Assembly: GCA_038203565.1 (NCBI GenBank)
Contig: JBBRDV010000045.1
Location: 1-10,851, forward strand
Length of the DNA stretch: 10,851 nt
Reading direction: 5' to 3'
DNA from: Atribacterota bacterium
GTDB lineage: Bacteria > Atribacterota > Phoenicimicrobiia > Phoenicimicrobiales > Phoenicimicrobiaceae
Part shown: piece after piece, positions 1-6,043 of the stretch
Layout: each line of letters opens with the position of its first letter
Numbering within the stretch: the stretch's first letter is position 1
The notes under the pieces: generated by a model
Told to the model about the DNA's origin: nothing
Databases searched by the model: none
The model's input: only the letters and a program-made list of their open reading frames with translations
Made by a program: the position numbers and the translations under genes

Positions 1-2
1 TT

Positions 3-779
3 TTAAAATCCTAAGTACCAAGAAATGATTTGCTTGCCCCATAAAAGGGTGATGAGCGAACCTAAGACAATGAAGGGCCCAAAGGGAATAGTATCTTCTC
101 TTTTTTTAATCTTGCTCATAATTAAGATAATTCCGATTAATGCTCCTAAGAAAAATCCTAAAAAAAGTGAAATAATGATATATCTCCAACCCAGGAAGGC
201 GCCGATCATGGCTGCGAGTTTAACATCTCCTCCCCCCATCGCTTCTTTCTTATAAATCGCCGAGCCGCCCAAACTAATAATTAATATTATTCCTCCTCCG
301 ACCACTACTCCCAAAGCTGAATTTATAAATGATATATAAGGAACAAAAAAACTTAAAATAAATCCTATTACTATCCCCGGCAAAGAAATTACATCAGGTA
401 TAATCTGTTTCTGTAAATCGATAAAAGTAATAATGATAAGAGCTGATGATAAAATAACATAAATTAAAGTCTGGATACTTAAACCGTATACCAGATAAAT
501 GATTGTATATATAACTCCGGTTAGAAATTCTACTAACGGATACTGGATAGAGATCCGGCTTTTACAATTACGGCATCTGCCCTTCAGTAGAATATAACTT
601 AACAGAGGGATATTATCAATCGGTTTTATTGTGTTACGACATTTGGGACAATGAGATGTCGGATATACTATTGATTCATTTCTGGGTATTCTATGAATAC
701 AAACATTGCTAAAACTTCCTACGATTAGCCCTAATAGACTTAAGACGACTATTGAAATAATTTCTATTTCATAATACAT
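3..779 (-). CDS. pilD: Prepilin peptidase / N-methyltransferase (A24 family)
   Basis: GSFxNVCIHRIP motif, two CxxC Zn-binding pairs (CPKC, CRNC), catalytic Asp motifs FID and MGGGDVKL, C-terminal IPFGPF, multiple TM segments; lies in a pilin/pilC locus. Confidence 0.95.
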   Translation of the reverse strand: MYYEIEIISIVVLSLLGLIVGSFSNVCIHRIPRNESIVYPTSHCPKCRNTIKPIDNIPLLSYILLKGRCRNCKSRISIQYPLVEFLTGVIYTIIYLVYGLSIQTLIYVILSSALIIITFIDLQKQIIPDVISLPGIVIGFILSFFVPYISFINSALGVVVGGGIILIISLGGSAIYKKEAMGGGDVKLAAMIGAFLGWRYIIISLFLGFFLGALIGIILIMSKIKKREDTIPFGPFIVLGSLITLLWGKQIISWYLGF

Positions 780-813
780 TTATATCCCTATGTTCTGTTT
801 TTATCTATCCCTT

Positions 814-1203
814 TTATTTTTTAACGGTAACATTTAAATGGAGGACCTCACCTCGGCGATCGATACCATCAATGGTAAGGGTGTCAATTCCATCAAAAAA
901 AACCACCACCTCGCCAGGACTGCTCCAGCCATTTTTAATTTGAGCTTCTCTGGTAATGGGGTTTTGTACACTTAAAGATTTAATAATATTATCTATATCA
1001 TTCCAGATAAGTACTGGATGTTTGTCTAGCATCAATAATTTTATTTCTTTTTCTACCGATTCTACATTTGATTTTATAATTTTTATTTCATTTTGCTCCA
1101 CATACCAGTGATAAACACGAGGAGCATAAAAAATTATTAATCCGATAATAATAACCCAAATTATTAAAGTGATGATAACTACGCCGCGCTTGTCGGATAA
1201 CAT
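814..1203 (-). CDS. Type IV pilin-like protein (minor pilin lacking Glu+5)
   Basis: Basic leader MLSDKRG followed by a ~20-aa hydrophobic helix (VVIITLIIWVII...). The body aligns by eye with the two major pilins: IKSNVESVEKEI ~ VKANAGTVQTLI; NPIT ~ NPVT/NPFN; PGEVVV ~ PGQIQI/DGEVYV; TVKK ~ TVRK/TARK. Confidence 0.7.
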   Translation of the reverse strand: MLSDKRGVVIITLIIWVIIIGLIIFYAPRVYHWYVEQNEIKIIKSNVESVEKEIKLLMLDKHPVLIWNDIDNIIKSLSVQNPITREAQIKNGWSSPGEVVVFFDGIDTLTIDGIDRRGEVLHLNVTVKK

Positions 1204-1205
1204 TA

Positions 1206-1406
1206 CTATTCACTCATCCTTTCATCTATTGTTATTTTTTCTGCTTTTTCTTTTTCTTCGCTTCTTTTTACTTTTTTTAATCTTTCCTCAATTGCCCTGG
1301 AAACAAAATGACTCATTAAAAATCCGTGAGATTTACAATACTCTCTTAATTCTATAATCACTGATTCAGAAATTCTTACTCCTATTAATTTCTTATTTGT
1401 ATCCAT
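1206..1406 (-). CDS. Small ribbon-helix-helix (CopG-like) DNA-binding protein, possible orphan antitoxin
   Basis: Pattern KLIGVRISESVIIELREYC...MSHFVSRAIEERL (beta strand then two helices); GAGG RBS upstream; charged tail. Confidence 0.65.
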   Translation of the reverse strand: MDTNKKLIGVRISESVIIELREYCKSHGFLMSHFVSRAIEERLKKVKRSEEKEKAEKITIDERMSE

Positions 1407-1427
1407 AATGTTAACCTCAGTTGTCTA

Positions 1428-1456
1428 TTGATAACATATGTTAACTTATTTGTCAA
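1428..1456 (-). promoter_or_regulatory. Putative sigma70 promoter with palindromic operator for the RHH gene
   Basis: TTGACA (1456-1451), N17, then a weak -10 (TATCAA); palindrome TAACATATGTTA (1432-1443) in the spacer. Confidence 0.45.
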
Positions 1457-1467
1457 AAAAATTTATT

Positions 1468-1503
1468 AATTCCCCAATTTTCCAATCCACCAATTAACCA
1501 ATT
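1468..1503. repeat. Degenerate 8-mer tandem repeat (CCAATTNN)
   Basis: ccaatttt ccaatcca ccaattaa ccaatt; similar tracts near 4085-4107, 4236-4260 and 6257-6280. Confidence 0.55.
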
Positions 1504-1528
1504 ACAAAAAAATAATGGAAGCAGTATT

Positions 1529-1701
1529 CTATTTTTCTCCTACCCTCCCTATGAATGAACTTTGTATATATTCCTTGAAAAGTAATATCTTCTTGGCATC
1601 GCCAGAAGTAAACAAAAAAGGTAAATATTCCGTAGAAGATTTTTTTTAAAAGCCCTGAGATGCTCAGGATAAAAAGATTCTATTTGTTTTAGATCAAGCA
1701 T
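1529..1701 (-). pseudogene. AbiEii (nucleotidyltransferase toxin) remnant with a large internal deletion and a frameshift
   Basis: ATG at 1701 overlaps the AbiEi stop. Reads MLDLKQIESFYPEHLRAFKKNLLR, then after a 1-nt shift EYL/PFLFTSGDAKKILLFKEYIQ...*. These resemble the N- and C-termini of AbiEii-family proteins joined with the catalytic core missing. Confidence 0.7.
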
Positions 1702-2311
1702 TTTTCATAAACTCCCCAAAAGACTCTATTCTTTTAGTTAATGACTTTTGAGCAAACCTTTCCAAAAATTTATTTAATTTTTCCTCACTAACCTCTTTTA
1801 AAAATATTTTTTTATTCAGGCGAAGACTGGCAAAATCATCTTCTCCCTTTATATCTGAATGTAAATAAAAGTAATCTAAAATAGCTTTTTCTAAACTCGC
1901 TATCTTAATATATTTATTATTATACTTAATTAGATTATAGCCAAAAAAAAGCTGGGGTTTTACAGTTTTATAAATAAATTCTGCTATGGGAGTTTTAAAA
2001 CTGTAGGTTCTTCTGGTAGAAACAGAGGTTATACCATAAACACTCTCGGGAATAAAATGATAATAGGAAAGGGCCATTTCTGAGGAAATATAAGATGGAT
2101 TATATATTTTATTAGCAATTTCAAAAAGAGCATATTCGTTAATTTCTAAATCAGAGAAAATATAATAACCTCTGATTATTTTTTTTATATACCCTTTATC
2201 CTGCCATTCATTTAATCTTCTACGATAAAAGCTACTATCAATCATCTTAATATCATTAAGAGAAAATATAGTATAATCTTTTAAAAAATTTTTTAACTTG
2301 ATATAATTCAT
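1694..2311 (-). CDS. abiEi: Type IV TA antitoxin, AbiEi family transcriptional regulator
   Basis: N-terminal winged helix (LNEWQDKGYIKKIIRGYY), PSYISSEMALSYYHFIPE, ITSVSTRRT, IASLEKAILD motifs; AGGAG RBS. Confidence 0.85.
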   Translation of the reverse strand: MNYIKLKNFLKDYTIFSLNDIKMIDSSFYRRRLNEWQDKGYIKKIIRGYYIFSDLEINEYALFEIANKIYNPSYISSEMALSYYHFIPESVYGITSVSTRRTYSFKTPIAEFIYKTVKPQLFFGYNLIKYNNKYIKIASLEKAILDYFYLHSDIKGEDDFASLRLNKKIFLKEVSEEKLNKFLERFAQKSLTKRIESFGEFMKNA

Positions 2312-2325
2312 CTTATTTCTCCTAA

Positions 2326-2383
2326 ATGCTATTTATAGCATTTATACGAAATATATTATATCATTCTTTATCTTTAAAAACAA
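2326..2383 (-). promoter_or_regulatory. Sigma70 promoter and operator of abiEi
   Basis: TTGTTT (2383-2378), N17, TATAAT (2360-2355) with extended -10 TG; inverted repeat ATGCTA-ttta-TAGCAT (2326-2341) just before the RBS. Confidence 0.6.
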
Positions 2384-2460
2384 TTTTTCGTCAGAACGCA
2401 AAGGCTATTTTTTTAAGGGGGAGGATTATTGATAAAATTGCGATGATAAAGATAAATAAT

Positions 2461-2508
2461 AAAATAAAGGCTCCATCTTTAAAGTTTCTTAAAAAATGGA
2501 GCCTTTAT
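2461..2508 (-). terminator. Rho-independent terminator after the pilin
   Basis: 13-bp perfect stem ATAAAGGCTCCAT (2464-2476) / ATGGAGCCTTTAT (2496-2508), running into a U-rich tract on the minus strand, 25 nt past the pilin stop. Confidence 0.75.
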
Positions 2509-2533
2509 AAGTTTTATCTTTTAACCAAAGATA

Positions 2534-2998
2534 CTATTTTCTCGCAGTTAAATCAGTAGTATAAACTCGCTCATCCGCTGTAGCAGAAGTATTAGCATTA
2601 ATTAAATACTGTCCAGTGCCGGCAGAACTATAATACACATATACTTCTCCATCAAGAGCGCCAGCATTTGGCACAGTTGTGGCTGTAAGTATTCCTGTGA
2701 GATAATTCGCGTCAGCGCCCTGTACGAGACCAGTTACAGGATTAACTATACCGGAAGCGAGAACTAAGTTATTTAAATATCCTGCTGCATTAATTACAAG
2801 AACTGTCTTATCAGCCAATTCTGCCTGAATTAAGGTCTGAATGGTTCCTGCATTAGCTTTAATTACGGCATTTTTCGCTTTGTCCTGTTGTCCAGTATAA
2901 AGTCTTAAACCTAAGAGTGCCAATACACCGATGATAGCCACAACGACCATCAATTCGATTAAGGTAAAACCTTTTTTACTTTTTCTTAAACTATACAT
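2534..2998 (-). CDS. Type IV pilin (PilA-like, candidate major pilin)
   Basis: KKG|FTLIELMVVVAIIGVLA class III signal peptide with Glu+5; AAGGAG RBS; own terminator; no Cys. Confidence 0.92.
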   Translation of the reverse strand: MYSLRKSKKGFTLIELMVVVAIIGVLALLGLRLYTGQQDKAKNAVIKANAGTIQTLIQAELADKTVLVINAAGYLNNLVLASGIVNPVTGLVQGADANYLTGILTATTVPNAGALDGEVYVYYSSAGTGQYLINANTSATADERVYTTDLTARK

Positions 2999-3047
2999 TT
3001 TAAATTCTCTCCTTTTTTTAAATATTTTAATTTTCGAAAATTATGTT

Positions 3048-3209
3048 ATTGAAAAATCGGTAGTTTAGCGGTCATAACATGGTTCAAGGTATATGAGATT
3101 GCTTCGTCACTACGTTCCTCGCAATGACAAAAGGAGACGTCCTCGCAATGACAATGTTTTAGACCTAAACTTTGCGTTCTATCCTTTCGAATAGTTTACC
3201 TTTTTCAAT
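3048..3209 (-). promoter_or_regulatory. Cyclic di-GMP-I (GEMM-I) riboswitch aptamer with a repeat inserted in L3
   Basis: Minus strand: P1 ATTGAAAAA/TTTTTCAAT (9 bp); GGTAAA; P2 CTATTC-GAAA-GGATAG; AACGCAAA; P3 GTTTAG-GTC/GAC-cg-CTAAAC; receptor-like TAA...ATG; distal stem AACAT/ATGTT; TACCGA. It ends 49 nt before the pilin ATG. Confidence 0.85.
3095..3153. repeat. GAGATTGCTTCG...CTCGCAATGACA palindromic repeat module (full copy plus half copy)
   Basis: Full unit 3095-3129 and half unit CCTCGCAATGACA 3141-3153; the same arrangement recurs at 4983-5040 and 7583-7640. Confidence 0.85.
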
Positions 3210-3307
3210 TTTTTTTATTTTCCGGTATTCAATCACTTCCTTTTATACACTCCCGTTGGGAGGTTATTCTTTTCTTTAAAAGTAGACTCGAGTTAACAGA
3301 GAAGATA

Positions 3308-3392
3308 GATTCCCGCTTCCCTCTGCCTGTGCGTTTACGCACCTGTCTGCGTACGGATACGCACAGGCAGGCGCAGACAGGCGGGAATGACA
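3308..3392. repeat. ATTCCC-N8-GGGAAT (dRS3-like) repeat carrying two nested 30-nt CCTG...CAGG elements
   Basis: Host arms 3308-3321 and 3382-3392; outer element 3322-3341 plus 3372-3381; inner inverted element 3342-3371. Confidence 0.85.
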
Positions 3393-3411
3393 GAAAGAAA
3401 ACAATCCTCTC

Positions 3412-3474
3412 AATAACCATGCTTTAGATCTAAACTTTGCGTCCCATCCTTTCGGATAGTTTACCTTTCTCAAC
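3412..3474 (-). promoter_or_regulatory. Second c-di-GMP-I aptamer, 5' half only
   Basis: GTTGAGAAAGGTAAACTATCC-GAAA-GGATGGGACGCAAAGTTTAGATCTAAAGCATGGTT: canonical core and a near-duplicate of 3159-3209. No separate ATG...CTAAAC-TACC/P1 3' strand was found before the next aptamer. Confidence 0.75.
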
Positions 3475-3513
3475 TTTTTAAATTTGTTAGCTTTATTCTT
3501 TTCTATTTATATT

Positions 3514-3539
3514 ATTCCCAATTTTGGAAGTTTTTAGAC
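3514..3539 (-). promoter_or_regulatory. Putative SigB/SigF-type promoter (GTCTAA-N14-GGGAAT) for the riboswitch-pilin transcript
   Basis: GTCTAA (3539-3534), 14 nt, GGGAAT (3519-3514). Close to the B. subtilis SigB consensus GTTTAA-N12-14-GGGWAW and duplicated at 4025-4050. Confidence 0.65.
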
Positions 3540-3546
3540 AAGATGT

Positions 3547-3570
3547 AGAAAAATATTTTAATATTTTTCT
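3547..3570. terminator. AT-rich inverted repeat, possible weak terminator or operator
   Basis: AGAAAAATATT-tt-AATATTTTTCT, 11 nt after the stop of pilin 3582-3971 and just upstream of the -35 box. Confidence 0.35.
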
Positions 3571-3581
3571 GATTCACCGAT

Positions 3582-3971
3582 TTATTTTCTAACGGTGAGT
3601 ATATCGGGAAGTAGTCCATCGGCTCCATAGCCTTGGATAGAAAATACTCCTGAAGATAAGGTAATCTGAATTTGACCAGGTGTAATAGCACTTTCCGGAA
3701 ACCATCCTGCTGTATTCATAGCAACTCCATTAAAGGGATTATGTAAACCGGTAGCTCTTGCTATATCTACAGCTCCTTCAAGATTAACATCTGTATCTGC
3801 AAGTTCTGCCTGGATTAAAGTCTGAACTGTTCCGGCATTAGCTTTAACCATGGCATTTTTAGCTTTATCTTGTTGATTTAAATAAAGTCTTAATCCCATC
3901 AAAGCTAATACACCAATGATAGATATTACTACTAATAGTTCAATTAGAGTAAAGCCTTTTTTATTTTTCAT
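3582..3971 (-). CDS. Type IV pilin (PilA-like paralog)
   Basis: KKG|FTLIELLVVISIIGVLA with Glu+5. The first ~55 mature residues are nearly identical to the 2534-2998 pilin (QQDKAKNAxxKANAGTxQTLIQAELAD); the C-terminus is divergent. Confidence 0.92.
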   Translation of the reverse strand: MKNKKGFTLIELLVVISIIGVLALMGLRLYLNQQDKAKNAMVKANAGTVQTLIQAELADTDVNLEGAVDIARATGLHNPFNGVAMNTAGWFPESAITPGQIQITLSSGVFSIQGYGADGLLPDILTVRK

Positions 3972-4024
3972 TAATTGTCCTTTAGGAACTTTTCTAATAA
4001 AATTTAAATACTTATATTTATATT

Positions 4025-4050
4025 ATTCCCAAATTTTAGATTTTTTAGAC
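4025..4050 (-). promoter_or_regulatory. Putative SigB/SigF-type promoter (GTCTAA-N14-GGGAAT) for pilin 3582-3971
   Basis: GTCTAA (4050-4045), 14 nt, GGGAAT (4030-4025). The boxes are identical to 3514-3539 while the spacer has diverged. Confidence 0.65.
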
Positions 4051-4113
4051 AGAATGTATTAAATTAGCAATTTTGCTAATTTGATAATTGACCAATTTAT
4101 CGATTCAAAAGAT

Positions 4114-4323
4114 AGTATATAGTATCGAGTATCGCGTATCGAGTTAATAAAGAGAAAGAAAATAAATTAAATGAAAATAGAAAAAAGATCTAAATGTAAG
4201 CTTTTTGTATAACTGCTTTCCTAAAGTATATACTAACCGATTTACCAATTCACCAATTAAAATAGTCGTTGGTCGTTAGTATTTAGTACTGAAAATGCAG
4301 GTTGCGAGTTGCAGGTTACAAGA
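4114..4323. repeat. Cluster of short heptamer/octamer tandem repeats
   Basis: agtatat-agtatcg-agtatcg-cgtatcg (4114-4141); taccaatt-caccaatt (4243-4258); agtcgtt-ggtcgtt-agtattt (4264-4284); tgcaggt-tgcgagt-tgcaggt (4296-4316). Confidence 0.6.
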
Positions 4324-4332
4324 AGGAAAAGA

Positions 4333-4387
4333 CGGGTTCGATGCCTGCCTGTGCGTTCCCGCACGCAGACAGGAATCGAACCCCTAC
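4333..4387 (-). repeat. GTAG-type REP hairpin with a 30-nt CCTG...CAGG element in its loop
   Basis: Minus strand GTAG-GGGTTCGAT-T[insert 4344-4373]C-ATCGAACCC; near-identical copy at 9619-9673. Confidence 0.85.
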
Positions 4388-4391
4388 AGTT

Positions 4392-4428
4392 CACCCCCAC
4401 CTTAGTCCTCCCACCTAAATAGAGAGGA
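4392..4428. repeat. CCCCACCTTAATCCTCCCC...GGGGAGGA repeat (degenerate copy)
   Basis: Matches copies at 6974-7011 and 9681-9715, and a half copy at 2413-2425. Confidence 0.7.
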
Positions 4429-4459
4429 AATCAGGAATGACAGGCGAGACGCCTGTCCT

Positions 4460-4581
4460 TTAGTTTTTTTGATAAATTTTTCTTATTCTAATTCCCACCT
4501 CATTAACTACCATAAAATTCCCTTCTAAAATGTTCTTTGCTTTTTCTAATACTTCTTTTACTAACCTAAAAGAAATTTCAT
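4460..4581 (-). pseudogene. DUF5615/PIN-like toxin remnant with an internal deletion
   Basis: ATG 3 nt after the DUF433 stop. Reads MKFLL (typical MKFLLDEN start), then out of frame RLVKEVLEKAKNILEGNFMVVNEVGIRIRKIYQKN* (typical C-terminal ...RIRIR strand). Confidence 0.7.
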
Positions 4582-4584
4582 AAT

Positions 4585-4830
4585 TTACTTTACCGCTTTT
4601 AGCAAATGAACTTCTTCTCCATGGAATGATTCTGCAGCATATTCTAAAGCAACTTGAATATCTTTTGATGTAAGGTGTGGATAATCTTGGAGAATTTTAT
4701 CAATAGAAATATTTTGGGAAAGTTTTCGCAATATTATTTCTACCGGAATTCTTGTTCCCTTGATAACCGGTTTACCGAACATTATCTTGGGATTTATTTC
4801 TATTCTTTTTGATAAATTTTCTTGAAACAT
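4585..4830 (-). CDS. DUF433 family antitoxin (VapB45-like)
   Basis: RIEINPKIMFGKPVIKGTRIPV...ILQDYPHLTSKDIQVALEYA signature; GGAGG RBS. Confidence 0.92.
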   Translation of the reverse strand: MFQENLSKRIEINPKIMFGKPVIKGTRIPVEIILRKLSQNISIDKILQDYPHLTSKDIQVALEYAAESFHGEEVHLLKAVK

Positions 4831-4982
4831 AGTGTTTGCCTCCTATTGTTTTGCTGTGTGAAAATAGATATATTATTTACTTATTATTATTTTATCAGTT
4901 CTTTAGTTAATTTGCCAATTTATGTGACGATATTACCTTCTAACAGTCAATTTATTTAACTGTTTTATTATTACTAACAGTT

Positions 4983-5040
4983 GAGATTGCTTCGCCATTA
5001 CATTCCTCGCAAAGACAGTGGAAGGTGTTCCGCAATGATA
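4983..5040. repeat. GAGATTGCTTCG...CTCGCAATGACA repeat module (degenerate)
   Basis: Full unit 4983-5017 plus half unit ending at 5040. Confidence 0.75.
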
Positions 5041-5048
5041 GGAAAATA

Positions 5049-5100
5049 GATTCCCGTTTCCACCTGCCTGTGCAAGCACAGCAGACAGGTGGGAATGACA
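5049..5100. repeat. ATTCCC-N8-GGGAAT repeat with a 27-nt CCTG...CAGG variant element
   Basis: GATTCCCGTTTCCA[CCTGCCTGTGCAAGCACAGCAGACAGG, 5063-5089]TGGGAATGACA. Confidence 0.85.
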
Positions 5101-5243
5101 TGGAGGAGGTGGAAATTACAAAAATGATTACGAGAATTACCCCAGTGAAGTATGGCTTTAGGGGGTAAGTCGCATTAAATATTAAATGTAATTTAATAGG
5201 GTAGACATAAAAAGAAAGCGGGAATGACAAGAAAAAAAATAAA

Positions 5244-5302
5244 GTCGGTAGCCTGGTGGTTATAGTAATCAAGAACCTTTTTTTATAGGTTCTTCTGATA
5301 CG
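5244..5302 (-). other. Probable orphan 3' half of a c-di-GMP-I riboswitch
   Basis: 5245-5265 matches the aptamer 3' strand at 3057-3077 at 15 of 21 nt, all differences being transitions. It is preceded on the minus strand by an 8-bp hairpin (5271-5278 / 5287-5294) in the L3 position. Confidence 0.45.
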
Positions 5303-5314
5303 AAACTATTGAAG

Positions 5315-5656
5315 TTAAAAAACAACATCAATTGTTTCCGGTTGTTTCATAATGTATTGCAAAAAACCAGCCTGTTTTTCTTTTTTCCTAGTAAATTCTT
5401 CAGGTGAGAAGGCAAGAACCTCTATCGGTTCCATTACTTCAGCCAATGCATCTCCGATAATCTCCCATCGTTTCCAAAAGGGCATCCTGGAAAACTTGGG
5501 TGAAACTAATATGAGATCTATATCACTATCTGGCCTAAAAGTGCCTCTTGCTCTGGAGCCATATAAATATACTTTTTCAAGTATTATACCTTTAGATTTT
5601 AAGGAATTTATAAACGACAACACAATATTGTTTAACTCACTTGTTGTTTCAGGCAT
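5315..5656 (-). CDS. Minimal nucleotidyltransferase (MNT) domain protein of a HEPN/MNT pair
   Basis: VYLYGSRARG...DSDIDL motif; GGAGGT RBS; overlaps the end of the HEPN gene. Confidence 0.92.
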   Translation of the reverse strand: MPETTSELNNIVLSFINSLKSKGIILEKVYLYGSRARGTFRPDSDIDLILVSPKFSRMPFWKRWEIIGDALAEVMEPIEVLAFSPEEFTRKKEKQAGFLQYIMKQPETIDVVF

Positions 5657-6015
5657 TTTATTACCTCCCTTGCATTTTTGAGATATTTTTTTGCAATCGA
5701 TGAAGGATACTGCTCAATTAACATTTTAAGCTCATCCGGGTAACGAGTAGCCACTGCCGCAGTATTTAACTGTGCTATAAACCTTACTTGAGAATCTGAT
5801 AGCTCCACCTTGCATAACTTCAATAAATAAATCAAGTTATGTGTTTTAGGAGGAGCTTCTCTAAGGTATTCAACTACCATAGCCTTTAATGACTTTTCAA
5901 TTGCAAGATGGCTCATAAAAACACAATATATATAACGTCCCGCTTTAAACATAGCCTGTGCTGTATCGATATCATATTCCGCTTGGGTAATCCATTCAGC
6001 AGTTTCATCTCGCAT
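5632..6015 (-). CDS. HEPN domain protein
   Basis: W...AEYDIDTA, F.SHLAIEKSLKA, PPKTHNL and TRYPD motifs; coupled to the MNT gene. Confidence 0.92.
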   Translation of the reverse strand: MRDETAEWITQAEYDIDTAQAMFKAGRYIYCVFMSHLAIEKSLKAMVVEYLREAPPKTHNLIYLLKLCKVELSDSQVRFIAQLNTAAVATRYPDELKMLIEQYPSSIAKKYLKNAREVIKCLKQQVS

Positions 6016-6043
6016 GTAATCTCATCCCCTATTAATAATCTAT

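Noticed and set aside
2386..2407. GAACGCAAAGG on the plus strand resembling the riboswitch core
   Set aside because: No preceding GGYAAAC/P2-GAAA hairpin and no P3 or P1 partner; likely chance.
3195..3202. cGAMP-sensing (GEMM-Ib) riboswitch variant
   Set aside because: The position equivalent to Vc2 nucleotide 20 is G in both half-aptamers (AAAGGTAAAC), not A.
3229..3473. Minus-strand ORFs 3229-3420 (63 aa) and 3276-3473 (65 aa)
   Set aside because: They run through the riboswitch half and the nested GC-rich repeats, have non-ATG starts or no RBS, and show no protein-like motifs.
2534..3971. DGR or pilS/pilE-style silent cassette system for pilin variation
   Set aside because: There is no reverse transcriptase and no TR/VR pair with adenine-specific differences; both pilins are full length with their own signal peptides and promoters.
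4952..5272. 106-aa minus-strand ORF
   Set aside because: Made up largely of repeat modules and the riboswitch remnant; its SFPPVC...KRESIF peptide recurs in the 3229-3420 ORF because both translate the same repeat.
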